Shown: piece after piece, positions 50,631 through 59,165 of the stretch | How positions within the stretch are numbered: the stretch's first letter is position 1 | How the letters are laid out: each line of letters opens with the position of its first letter | Origin: Chitinophagales bacterium | GTDB taxonomy: Bacteria; Bacteroidota; Bacteroidia; Chitinophagales; JADIYW01 | Direction of reading: 5' to 3' | NCBI GenBank assembly: GCA_020636535.1 | Contig: JACJXT010000011.1 | Location: forward strand, 1,316,812-1,380,811 | Length of the DNA stretch: 64,000 nucleotides | The notes under the pieces: generated by a model | What the model saw: the letters and a program-made list of their open reading frames with translations, nothing else | What the model was told of the DNA's origin: nothing | Databases searched by the model: none | Program-made: the position numbers and the translations under genes

Positions 50631-50948
50631 CTAAATTTCGTCGTAAGCTCTAAAATGTTTATCAACTACTTTTTTCCATTCAGGATGTTTTTTAATATAT
50701 GCCAATATAAAAGGACAGTATGGCAGAATTTTAATGTCGTTTTCATCTACATACTGAAGTGTTTTTTCTACTACAGCAGTAGCAGCACCAGTTCCTGCTA
50801 ACTCTGGCTGTGTTTCGGTATGTATTAATGCTAATAAATTATTGATTACTCTATATTCTATAAAAGAGTAATGGTTGTTTATTTTAATTTCAAACCTAGA
50901 TTCTTCTTCATTGTTAACCAATGGAATATTTATAAATTCTTCTTTCAT
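50631..50948 (-). CDS. small GNAT-like N-acetyltransferase (YjdJ-type)
   Basis: 105 aa. GTGAATAVVEKTLQYV...ILPYCPFILAYIKKHPEW is typical of the single-domain GNAT-like family. Confidence 0.75.
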   Translation of the reverse strand: MKEEFINIPLVNNEEESRFEIKINNHYSFIEYRVINNLLALIHTETQPELAGTGAATAVVEKTLQYVDENDIKILPYCPFILAYIKKHPEWKKVVDKHFRAYDEI

Positions 50949-51017
50949 ATAATTTATTTTAAGTTTTATAAATGGCTGGTGTCTACACCAGCCATTAGTT
51001 AATAAACAATTTAAGTA

Positions 51018-51896
51018 TTAATCTGCTAAATAGCCAAATTTGCCTAAGTTAAAATCATTAAATGCTTCAACTAATTCTTCTCTGGTATTCATTACAAATG
51101 GTCCATGAGCAGCAATAGGTTCTTTAATTGGTTCTCCACTTAAAATTAAAACAATTGCATTTTCATTAGCATGAATAGTAAATGTTTCGCCTTTATTTTC
51201 AAACAAAGCTAAATTATTGGTAGGTACTTTCTCAGTATCATTAATAGTGATATTTCCTTCAATTACTAATGCTACTGTATTATAATGTTCAGGAAAATTA
51301 AAGGTAGCACTTCCTCCTTTATTTAATTTAGCATTGAACATATTAATTGGAGTGAAAGTAAAAGCACTTCCTTTTGTACCTTGATATTCGCCTGCAATAA
51401 CTTCAACTTGTCCACTATTATTATTTAGCATTACTTTTGCAATATCCTTGTTACTTAATGCTTGATATTTTGGTGTACTCATTTTGTCTTTAGCTGGTAA
51501 ATTTACCCAAAGCTGTACCATTTGAAAATCGCCACCATTTTTGCTCCATTCTTTTTCGTGATATTCTTTGTGTAATACACCGCTTGCAGCAGTCATCCAT
51601 TGTACATCGCCTTCTTCAATAACACCACCACCACCAGAAGAATCGTGATGTTCTACTTTGCCTTTGTAAGCAATGGTTACGGTTTCAAAACCACGATGTG
51701 GATGCACGCCAACACCTTTTGGTTGTTCGCTTGCTGGAAAATGATACAACGAATTATAATCTAACATGATAAATGGATCCATTCGATGCATATTTAATCT
51801 TGGATAGCTAGGTATAAAGTTATGAACTCTAAAGCCATCTCCTACGAAATGTGGTGCACTAGGTGTAGCCACCATTTCAACATTTTTTGTTTTCAT
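51018..51896 (-). CDS. pirin-family protein
   Basis: 292 aa bicupin with the metal site HPHRGFETVT...H and the C-terminal HGPFVMNT. Confidence 0.9.
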   Translation of the reverse strand: MKTKNVEMVATPSAPHFVGDGFRVHNFIPSYPRLNMHRMDPFIMLDYNSLYHFPASEQPKGVGVHPHRGFETVTIAYKGKVEHHDSSGGGGVIEEGDVQWMTAASGVLHKEYHEKEWSKNGGDFQMVQLWVNLPAKDKMSTPKYQALSNKDIAKVMLNNNSGQVEVIAGEYQGTKGSAFTFTPINMFNAKLNKGGSATFNFPEHYNTVALVIEGNITINDTEKVPTNNLALFENKGETFTIHANENAIVLILSGEPIKEPIAAHGPFVMNTREELVEAFNDFNLGKFGYLAD

Positions 51897-51975
51897 AATA
51901 AACCTTTTTTATGCAAAGTTAGCTATGTAATTTTGGCTGTGCATTGATGTATGATAAGAACTGTGATTTGTTTTA

Positions 51976-53022
51976 TTACAAATATTGTTTCCACCAACTA
52001 TTATTGTCATTACTATACGCTGTAATGAGTTTGCCAATTTTTGGATATATAATTGGCAAATTTTGTTGATTGGCAGCTTCAATAAATCGTTCTATTGGTT
52101 CTGTCCAAGCGTGCAATGCTAAAGAAAATCCTGCCCAATGTACTGGCATTGCTTTTTTAGCATTTACATCAATAGCTGCTTGTACGGCTTCTTCTGGATA
52201 CATATGTATTTTATGCCAATGTTCATTGTATTGTCCACATTCCATAAAAGCAAAATCGAAGTGTTTAAATGTTTCGCCTATGGTTTTAAAATGATTGCCA
52301 TAACCACCATCTCCACTAAAATAAATATTTTCGGTTGGTGTTTGCAGTACCCAACCACCCCACAAAGTTTTTGCTCTGTCGCTTAAACCTCTGCCAGAAA
52401 AATGACGAGTAGGTGTAAATGATATATTAATATCAATAAATTGTTGTTGTTGCCACCAATCGAATGTAGTCATTTTTGCAGTATCAATTCCCCATCGTTC
52501 TAAATGTCGGTCTACACCTAATGCTACGAAATAGTGTTTTACTTTCGATTTTAGTTTAACGACACTTGCATAATCTAAATGATCATAGTGGTCGTGCGTA
52601 AATAACACTAAATCAATTTCTGGTAATTGATCAATGATATCAATACTATTATCGGAAAATCGTTTGGTAGTAATTGGAGCAATTGGCGAAGCGTTATCAC
52701 CTAGCATTGGATCAATTAATATCGTTTTTCCATTTAAACGCAATAATACAACTGAATGTCCGTACCAAATAAATTTTAAATGTTGACTTGGTTCTAAGAA
52801 TTCATCAATATTAAAAGGAATAATAGGAATTGGTGTAGTTGGTGTTTTAAACTTTCTATTGCTTAGTTGTTTTTTTAATAGTTTAGGTAAATTTTGAAAA
52901 CTTACCTCTATAGCAGTTGGTTCTAGGTTGATGAACTGTTTGCCATCCCAATTTTTTGAGTTGGAATAAGTTGCTTTGTGTTGGTCGGTTATTTTTCCAC
53001 CAAATTGTTTTAGATAATCCAT
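51976..53022 (-). CDS. MBL-fold metallo-hydrolase (NAPE-PLD-like)
   Basis: 348 aa with the HxHxDH motif FTHDHYDHLD and downstream His/Asp ligands. Confidence 0.8.
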   Translation of the reverse strand: MDYLKQFGGKITDQHKATYSNSKNWDGKQFINLEPTAIEVSFQNLPKLLKKQLSNRKFKTPTTPIPIIPFNIDEFLEPSQHLKFIWYGHSVVLLRLNGKTILIDPMLGDNASPIAPITTKRFSDNSIDIIDQLPEIDLVLFTHDHYDHLDYASVVKLKSKVKHYFVALGVDRHLERWGIDTAKMTTFDWWQQQQFIDINISFTPTRHFSGRGLSDRAKTLWGGWVLQTPTENIYFSGDGGYGNHFKTIGETFKHFDFAFMECGQYNEHWHKIHMYPEEAVQAAIDVNAKKAMPVHWAGFSLALHAWTEPIERFIEAANQQNLPIIYPKIGKLITAYSNDNNSWWKQYL

Positions 53023-53071
53023 AGGAATTTATATTTTTATTAGTAGGAGAGCGGTAATAATAAGAATAATA

Positions 53072-54265
53072 TTATTTTGCTTCTATTGCTTTTTTAAGTG
53101 CTGTTGCATTAAATGCATTGTCTCCAGTGCCTTCAAAACTTTTTTGAATATTGCCATTCCACAAGTAAAAAACTCCAGGCGTATTGGCTGTTGGTCCCAT
53201 TACTGTCCAAAATTCTGGAATATCTATAATTTTATAAGGAATTTTACAACCAGCTTCTGCAAAAAAATCTGGTGCATTTTCTGCTTCTTCATCCATAAAT
53301 AAAATATATACTTCAGGAAAATTTGGATTGGCTTGTTTCATTTGACAGATTTCTTTGGCTGCATGTCTACAGTGTTCGCAACCAATAACAAACATGCATA
53401 CTATTTTTTTACCTTGGTCTAGATTAACAGTTTTTCCATTAAAACTAGTGTATTTTGAAAATTTAGACTTCACTGGTTTTGGCTCATTCGACTTAGTTAC
53501 TGTTGTTTTTACAGTAGTATTATCTTTTTTTTCTGTAGCAATTGCATTTTCTGCTATTTGCGTTTTTTCTAACTGTTTGCTTACTGCTTTTATTTCATTG
53601 TCATCATTAGTAGAAGTTGTTTGAGCTATTTCATCATCTAGTGTCTCATCATTGGCAATATCTGTTGGAATATCATTGAGTAATTCGTTAGATGGATTGT
53701 CTTCTAAAATCATGTCTACTTGCTCTGTTGATGTAGCTTTACCTTTGCCAAAACATGATTCGAAAGGAAATAGGGCAAACATTAAAAACAAAGCACTTGT
53801 ATACATAAATAATAGTGGTAACAATTTATTTTGACCTTTTGGCTTTTCCTCTACTACTTTCCACAAATAAAGTAAAATAGCTATGGTGATAATATTTTTA
53901 ATAAAAGCTTCTAATGGTGTCATTGGTATTAATTGACCAAAACAACCGCAGTTGCCATTCATTGCACCAAATTGAATCATTTGATAGATTAAGTGAATAC
54001 AAAAAACTACTAGTAAGCCAATGGTTATTGGTATAACAATTCGTTTAATATAATTATTGAATAACATGGCAAAACCAATGGCTAATTCTAGTGCAATAAT
54101 AAATCTTGCTAAATAATGTGCTTGACACCAATTACAGAATTTTAGGTCGACTAGTTGTTTTTCGAAAGCCCAAATTGGAAACGACTTTGCTACAGCAGAC
54201 AGCACAAATAAACCAAATACTAAAATTCTAAAAAACCAAGGCAAATATTTTTTTGTAGCACTCAT
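53072..54265 (-). CDS. membrane protein: MauE/DoxX-like N-terminal domain fused to a thioredoxin-like C-terminal domain
   Basis: 397 aa with 4-5 N-terminal TM helices (NGNCGCFG), an acidic low-complexity linker, and a C-terminal CxxC (GCEHC) in a TlpA-like context. Confidence 0.65.
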   Translation of the reverse strand: MSATKKYLPWFFRILVFGLFVLSAVAKSFPIWAFEKQLVDLKFCNWCQAHYLARFIIALELAIGFAMLFNNYIKRIVIPITIGLLVVFCIHLIYQMIQFGAMNGNCGCFGQLIPMTPLEAFIKNIITIAILLYLWKVVEEKPKGQNKLLPLLFMYTSALFLMFALFPFESCFGKGKATSTEQVDMILEDNPSNELLNDIPTDIANDETLDDEIAQTTSTNDDNEIKAVSKQLEKTQIAENAIATEKKDNTTVKTTVTKSNEPKPVKSKFSKYTSFNGKTVNLDQGKKIVCMFVIGCEHCRHAAKEICQMKQANPNFPEVYILFMDEEAENAPDFFAEAGCKIPYKIIDIPEFWTVMGPTANTPGVFYLWNGNIQKSFEGTGDNAFNATALKKAIEAK

Positions 54266-54377
54266 AATTCCATATTATTAAGCGACTAAATTAAGAAAAA
54301 GCAACAGTATTTAAATCATAAATAAAATTAAAAGTTGGTATATAGCACTCATTGTTGTTGTGGTTATTAAGTATACT

Positions 54378-55286
54378 CGATTGTTTTTTAGCTTGCTTAG
54401 TTAAGTAATTTAAAACACCTAAAGAAATTATAAGTATTTGATTTATATTGTATTAGTTGCATATTTTAGTAACTTAATAAGTGCGTAGTACTTTAACTTT
54501 ATTAGAAATGATAGAAAATTTATAAAATACAGCGTAGCTGTATCACCTTTAATATCTGTTTAAATTTAGATTGTTGATAAACGGTATTTTATAATAGCTT
54601 TTAACTCGAACTCAGGTTAATATAAGCCGAGCCACTTAAAATCCAAACCAAGTTAAGTTAAGAACTAAGCTGGCTTATGTTTTTGCTAAATTGAGTAATA
54701 AAAATACTAAACTATGGTACTTTATAAGTGTACTCGGTCGCTTTTTAAACTCAGTCAGTTAAGTAATAATATAAGCCGAGCCACTTAAAAACCAAACCAA
54801 GTTAGGTTAATAACTAAGCTGGCTTATGTTTTTGCTAAATTGAGTAATAAAAATGCTAAGCTATGGTACTTTGTAAGTGTACTCGGTCGCTTTTTAACTC
54901 AGTTAGTTAAGTAATAATATAAGTCGAGCTACTTAAAAACCAAACCAAGTTAGGGTAATAACCAAGCTGGCTTATGTTTAAAGTGGCTATGGGTACTTAT
55001 ACAAGTGGAAGAAGGGGACTTAAAAGATAAACTTAGTTGAGTTAAAACATTAATGTAGTTTAGGTTTAAAGTGGTATCCTGTACTTCTATAAGTGGGTTG
55101 GTATACTTAAAACCTAAACCAAGTTAGGGTAAAAACTAACTCAGCTTATGTTTTAAGTGGGGTGAGCTACTTAAAAACTAAGTAAAACTGACAAAATAGG
55201 TGGCTACCCCCACTTCGGAAGGGGGTTAGCGTACTTCGGAAGTGGAGTAAGTGACTAAATTTGTGCCAATATGGCAGTTTTTTTTT
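54378..55286 (+). repeat. R3 modular repeat region B (candidate long structured ncRNA), with three units of about 149 bp in tandem
   Basis: Units start with TATAAG(C/T)CGAGC at 54621, 54770 and 54918. The modules and 3' module (AAACTGACAAAATAGGTGGCTACCCCC...GTACTTCGGAAGTGGAGTAA) are the same as in region A. It ends with TGCCA-ATA-TGGCA plus T9 (55278-55286). An R2 fragment is inserted at about 54478-54550. Confidence 0.8.
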
Positions 55287-55294
55287 ATTTTTCG

Positions 55295-55440
55295 TTTTAG
55301 TAAGGAGATACTTCGTTTGTTCCTCACTTAGTATAGACGGTTGGTTAAAAATGGCTCTCGATACTATAAGTAAAATGTAATTGATAATTAGACCGTCTAT
55401 TGCGAAATTTTGAGAGGAACGAACAAAATTGTGGCAATCT
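55295..55440. repeat. R1-family intergenic hairpin repeat
   Basis: TTTTAGTAAGGAGATACTTCGTTTGTTCCTCACTTAGTATAGACGG ... GACCGTCTATTGCGAAATTTTGAGAGGAACGAACAAAATTGTGGCAATCT. The arms are mutually inverted. Confidence 0.7.
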
Positions 55441-55517
55441 GAATCGTTAGACTGCTATAAAGTATATTGCTTCGCTACTTTCATCCGTTCGCAAAGACGA
55501 GGATTATTTTAGTTGTT

Positions 55518-55620
55518 GTGTTTTTGATTTAGGAGATACTTCGTTCGTTCCTCACTCAGTATAGACGGTTAGTTGATGGTGAGACAGAGTTCTCTATCGA
55601 GTAACTCTGATGGGTGAGAA
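55518..55620. repeat. R1-family partial copy plus the CAGAGTT...AACTCTG hairpin
   Basis: GTGTTTTTGATTTAGGAGATACTTCGTTCGTTCCTCACTCAGTATAGACGG, then the hairpin CAGAGTTCTCTATCGAGTAACTCTG (55585-55609) and GATGGGTGAGAA, as at 1498-1538. Confidence 0.65.
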
Positions 55621-55637
55621 GTTGTGCAACGGTCACC
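55621..55637. repeat. 17-mer GTTGTGCAACGGTCACC (copy 2), downstream of the methyltransferase stop
   Basis: Identical to 4229-4245. It lies 33 nt from the stop at 55671; copy 1 lies 19 nt from the stop at 4265. Confidence 0.8.
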
Positions 55638-55670
55638 GATGTTAGGCACAGTCGTTTTTTTCGTTAAGTT

Positions 55671-57656
55671 TTACACAAGTTCTAATTCAATACTTTCAAT
55701 TTGTTCTTTGGATGCTTGTCGCAATTCAAATGCTTTTTTCATTTTATTACTAATGTCCTCAATTGTTTTTTGTTCTGGCAAATGAATAATGATGTTTGCC
55801 AAGTCAATGTCTGAAACATTTGGAATGGCTGCACCTGTACGATACATAAACATTTGCTTCAAAAACATTTCCGATTTCAAATAATAAAGCAAATAATATT
55901 TGTCAATTTGAAAGTTACGCAAAACTCTAAAACCATTGGTACAAATACTTCCTGCAAACTCGTCTATTACAAAGGCTGTTGCGTGTTTTCGTGTTCCTAC
56001 GGAATTTCCTGCAATCGCCGTAATGATGTCACCTTGTTCAATTTCATAACTTGCTCTACTTGGCAATTCGTGAACTTGGTGAGTTGTTGAATTGATAATT
56101 TCGTATGAATGAGTATTGATGTCCGAAAGTTCAACATATTCAACAGTCAAATTCGGGTCTTTTAGTTTTCTGCTTTTTATTTTCACGATTTCACAAATAT
56201 CTCCCAAGCGAACTGTTTTTGTGTTATTCAAATTAGAAAACATTTTACGATTTTCGGGCGAATAAAAATCAAAGTCAAAACGTCCATTAAGTTCGTTGAA
56301 TTGGATTGAAAATGCGTTGTCATTTTCCACATTTTTACCTTTTTGAAATGATTTGTATGCTTCAATAATTGTCGAAAAATCTTCGTCTAAAATTGGCTGT
56401 CCATTTTTGTCTTTTATGATTTGTCCGAATTTGTCTTTTTGGTAGAGTGGTGTTCCATTTTTGTTGCCTTGATAACCTAATTTAGTAACTCTACCAAAGA
56501 AAATAGGATATTGACGTTCTTCGTTTTTGCTGTCTTTTTCTAAAAATAACAACGAAGTTTTTACGCCTGTGCCGTATGGAATAAAAGTTTCTTGTGGTAA
56601 ATTCACAATAGCCAAAACTTTTGCTTTTTGCTTGATATAATAACGCAAATATTCCAAAGACGGATTTTCAAAATTTCCGTTTGGCAAAACGATTGCCATT
56701 CTTCCGCCTTCTTTCAAAAGTTGTAAGCAACGTTCAATAAAGAGAATTTCGGCATTTTGATTGGCATAAACTGTTTTAGATTGATAAAATTCCTTTTCAT
56801 GATTTCCCCACTTATGACCCAAGTCAAATTTTGACAAAACAGACGATTGTGTAATTTTTGCACCGAATGGCGGATTAGTTAAAATCAAATCAAAACCATT
56901 TTTTTGACCTAATGAAAGTTTAATACTGTCTAAATCTTCTAATGAATTAGTGCAAAGAATGTTTGTTTTTCCGTTAGCTTCCAAAAGCAATTTCATTTTG
57001 GCAATTCGGGCAATACTTCGATTGATGTCTAAGCCGAAAATGTTTTGTGAAACGGTTTTTGAAGTGTTCAAATTTTGATTGTTTATTTGTAGATATTTCA
57101 AAGCCGACATCAAAAAACCGCCACTTCCACAAGCTGGGTCAATAATTGTTTCGCTTGTTTTTGGTTGCATAATTGCAACGCAAAAATCAATGACAGGCTC
57201 TGGTGTAAAAAATTGTCCTCGTCCGTCTTTCTCGTGGTGCGATAAAAACTTTTGAAAAGCCAATCCTTTTGCGTCTTGCGATGAGTCAAGCAATGAAATT
57301 CCCTGCAATTTATTGACTGTAAAACCAAGAGCGTTTTGACTTAGTTTTATACGGTCGTCCGTATCAAAAATGTCTTTATATTCTTTTTGTGTTTTATCAA
57401 ATAAAGCAGCTATTCGGTCGGAAAATGAAGAAACATTTTTACCCAATTTTATATCATTCCATTCTTCAGAAGAAACGGAAAACTGTTTTAGTTTTTCGTT
57501 TTCGTCAAAAATTTTGATGAACAAAATTTTTACAAACTCCTCCAAAGTTTGTTGCGGAGACAAGCCGTCATTGGCATAAATATAGTCGTGAATTTCCTCA
57601 AACCTTTTTAAAAGGTTATCTTCTTTGGAAAGTTCTATGTCAAATAAAGAATTCAT
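55671..57656 (-). CDS. N6-adenine DNA methyltransferase with a fused C-terminal target-recognition (HsdS-like) domain
   Basis: 661 aa. It has an HsdM-N-like N-terminus (FVKILFIKIFDE), SAM motif I IIDPACGSGGFL and catalytic motif IV LTNPPFG. The C-terminal 190 aa or so starts LGDICEIVK, like a type I S half-domain. Confidence 0.88.
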   Translation of the reverse strand: MNSLFDIELSKEDNLLKRFEEIHDYIYANDGLSPQQTLEEFVKILFIKIFDENEKLKQFSVSSEEWNDIKLGKNVSSFSDRIAALFDKTQKEYKDIFDTDDRIKLSQNALGFTVNKLQGISLLDSSQDAKGLAFQKFLSHHEKDGRGQFFTPEPVIDFCVAIMQPKTSETIIDPACGSGGFLMSALKYLQINNQNLNTSKTVSQNIFGLDINRSIARIAKMKLLLEANGKTNILCTNSLEDLDSIKLSLGQKNGFDLILTNPPFGAKITQSSVLSKFDLGHKWGNHEKEFYQSKTVYANQNAEILFIERCLQLLKEGGRMAIVLPNGNFENPSLEYLRYYIKQKAKVLAIVNLPQETFIPYGTGVKTSLLFLEKDSKNEERQYPIFFGRVTKLGYQGNKNGTPLYQKDKFGQIIKDKNGQPILDEDFSTIIEAYKSFQKGKNVENDNAFSIQFNELNGRFDFDFYSPENRKMFSNLNNTKTVRLGDICEIVKIKSRKLKDPNLTVEYVELSDINTHSYEIINSTTHQVHELPSRASYEIEQGDIITAIAGNSVGTRKHATAFVIDEFAGSICTNGFRVLRNFQIDKYYLLYYLKSEMFLKQMFMYRTGAAIPNVSDIDLANIIIHLPEQKTIEDISNKMKKAFELRQASKEQIESIELELV

Positions 57657-57705
57657 ATATTACACATTTGTGTCAAAAATAAAACACAAATGTGTAATAC
57701 GCAAA

Positions 57706-58653
57706 TTATCTTCCGTCTAATTGACTTTTATCTAGTTTTCTATACTTCGGTTTTGTTTCTTGAATACACAAATCAAGGTCGTCATACCAAGGTTTTAAAA
57801 GTTTGTGTCTTTGGAAATTGTCTTTTGCAGTCAAAATATCAATCGTATAATTTTGTTGCAAATGATTGGGAGACTTGGCTTGATGATTCAAGTCGGTACT
57901 ATTTACAAAAACCAATTCGTGTTTTCCTGTTTTCAAAAACAAATCCACACATAAAATATTAAATTCAGAAACCAAAGGTCCTGTGCTTTTAATTTTTGTT
58001 TTTGTATCTATTCTTGTCGATGGCATATGCGTTTGCAATAAACGAATTGGTGCGGTCAAATCCCAATAAGCATTTTCGTTAAAATCTTCTTCTTTGAATG
58101 ATTTTAACCATTTAGCAATGTCCTCTTTTGAGTTCCAAAGTCCTGTTAAATCAGGAACTCCTGCACCCGGATTTTCTTTACTCCAACGAAATTTCGGAAA
58201 GTTACCCGCATTTTTCTGTTCCCAATTGACTTTTGCTTTTTCGTAATTTCGACTGCCCGAATTGTAAATGCTTTCAATTTGCTTTTTTCTCTCAATTGAA
58301 TGTTTATTGAGTAATGTCAAACAAGAAGAAATTTTTGTTAAACCGCTTCTTTTTTCGGAATTAGATTTTACTCCTTTACACTCCACTACTAACCATTCAT
58401 CTTTAGTTGACCCAATTTTACGAATATAAAAATCCCCTCTTGCATCATCACTTTTTGCATTATTTCCTCCTTCGGGTTTTTCTTTTATTCTTAACGCTTC
58501 GTAACCAATAGAGTTAGCATATTCTTTAAAAAGTTCTTCTCCAAGATTTCCTAAAATGTAGCCTTCTGCTCCTGGACTTTTGATAAGTACTTCCAAAAAT
58601 TTGTTTTCATCAATACCGAATTTGCGATTGATATAGTTTTTTAATAAATCCAT
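57706..58653 (-). CDS. putative PD-(D/E)xK restriction endonuclease
   Basis: 315 aa. GDFYIR...(17 aa)...VVECKG fits D...ExK. It sits between an XRE controller-like gene and the methyltransferase. Confidence 0.6.
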   Translation of the reverse strand: MDLLKNYINRKFGIDENKFLEVLIKSPGAEGYILGNLGEELFKEYANSIGYEALRIKEKPEGGNNAKSDDARGDFYIRKIGSTKDEWLVVECKGVKSNSEKRSGLTKISSCLTLLNKHSIERKKQIESIYNSGSRNYEKAKVNWEQKNAGNFPKFRWSKENPGAGVPDLTGLWNSKEDIAKWLKSFKEEDFNENAYWDLTAPIRLLQTHMPSTRIDTKTKIKSTGPLVSEFNILCVDLFLKTGKHELVFVNSTDLNHQAKSPNHLQQNYTIDILTAKDNFQRHKLLKPWYDDLDLCIQETKPKYRKLDKSQLDGR

Positions 58654-58655
58654 TA

Positions 58656-58862
58656 TTAGTCTTTAAATAGTTCTGTAATTGGAACATTTAAAGCAATGGC
58701 AAGTTTTTCTGCAATAACGATTGATACGTTCCTTTCGCCTTTTTCAATGCTTGGAATGTATGTCCTGTCGATTTCAGCAATTAATGCAAGTTTCTCTTGT
58801 GATAGACCTTTTTCTAATCGCAGACGTTTTAAGTTATTGCCAAATTTTTGCTTAATGTCCAT
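58656..58862 (-). CDS. XRE-family HTH regulator (controller C-protein-like)
   Basis: Start set at the ATG at 58862 (MDIKQKFGNNLKRLRLEKGLSQEKLA...), giving 68 aa. It has a classic HTH_3 pattern, and its stop abuts the endonuclease start. Confidence 0.75.
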   Translation of the reverse strand: MDIKQKFGNNLKRLRLEKGLSQEKLALIAEIDRTYIPSIEKGERNVSIVIAEKLAIALNVPITELFKD

Positions 58863-58981
58863 AGCACAAAAGTCTCTATTTGTAGAAAACTGTACAACGG
58901 ACAATCATCAACTTTTTTGCTTTGTTTGGATTTATTTTTGAAAAGATTGAATTTTATGCGGTTCGTTCATACGATTGTGCA

Positions 58982-59165
58982 TAACGGAGGGCGGATTTGC
59001 GAAGTCCTGAAGCGTGTAACGAAGTTACACAAAGCGAAAGGATTTTGCAAATCCGCTGATGTGTTGAAGGTCGTAGCGACAGCGAAGACCGTTCGACGCA
59101 TCAGCGGATGTAATCCGCCCTCCGATGTGCAAAAGACGCAGCGGTAGCGGAGACTTTTGCACATC
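58982..59165 (+). repeat. R4 GC-rich structured element, copy 2
   Basis: Identical to 6391-6574 except G58987 (T in copy 1) and C59122 (A in copy 1), which pair with each other in the closing helix. Confidence 0.9.

Noticed and set aside
23470-55286. The 30.7-kb segment between repeat regions A and B as a genomic island or integrated element.
   Set aside because: The content is housekeeping (gcdH, folB, tRNA-Cys, cinA, E2, purL, glnN, purM, pirin and others). There is no integrase, conjugation gene or phage gene. The flanking repeats are better explained as members of a dispersed family.
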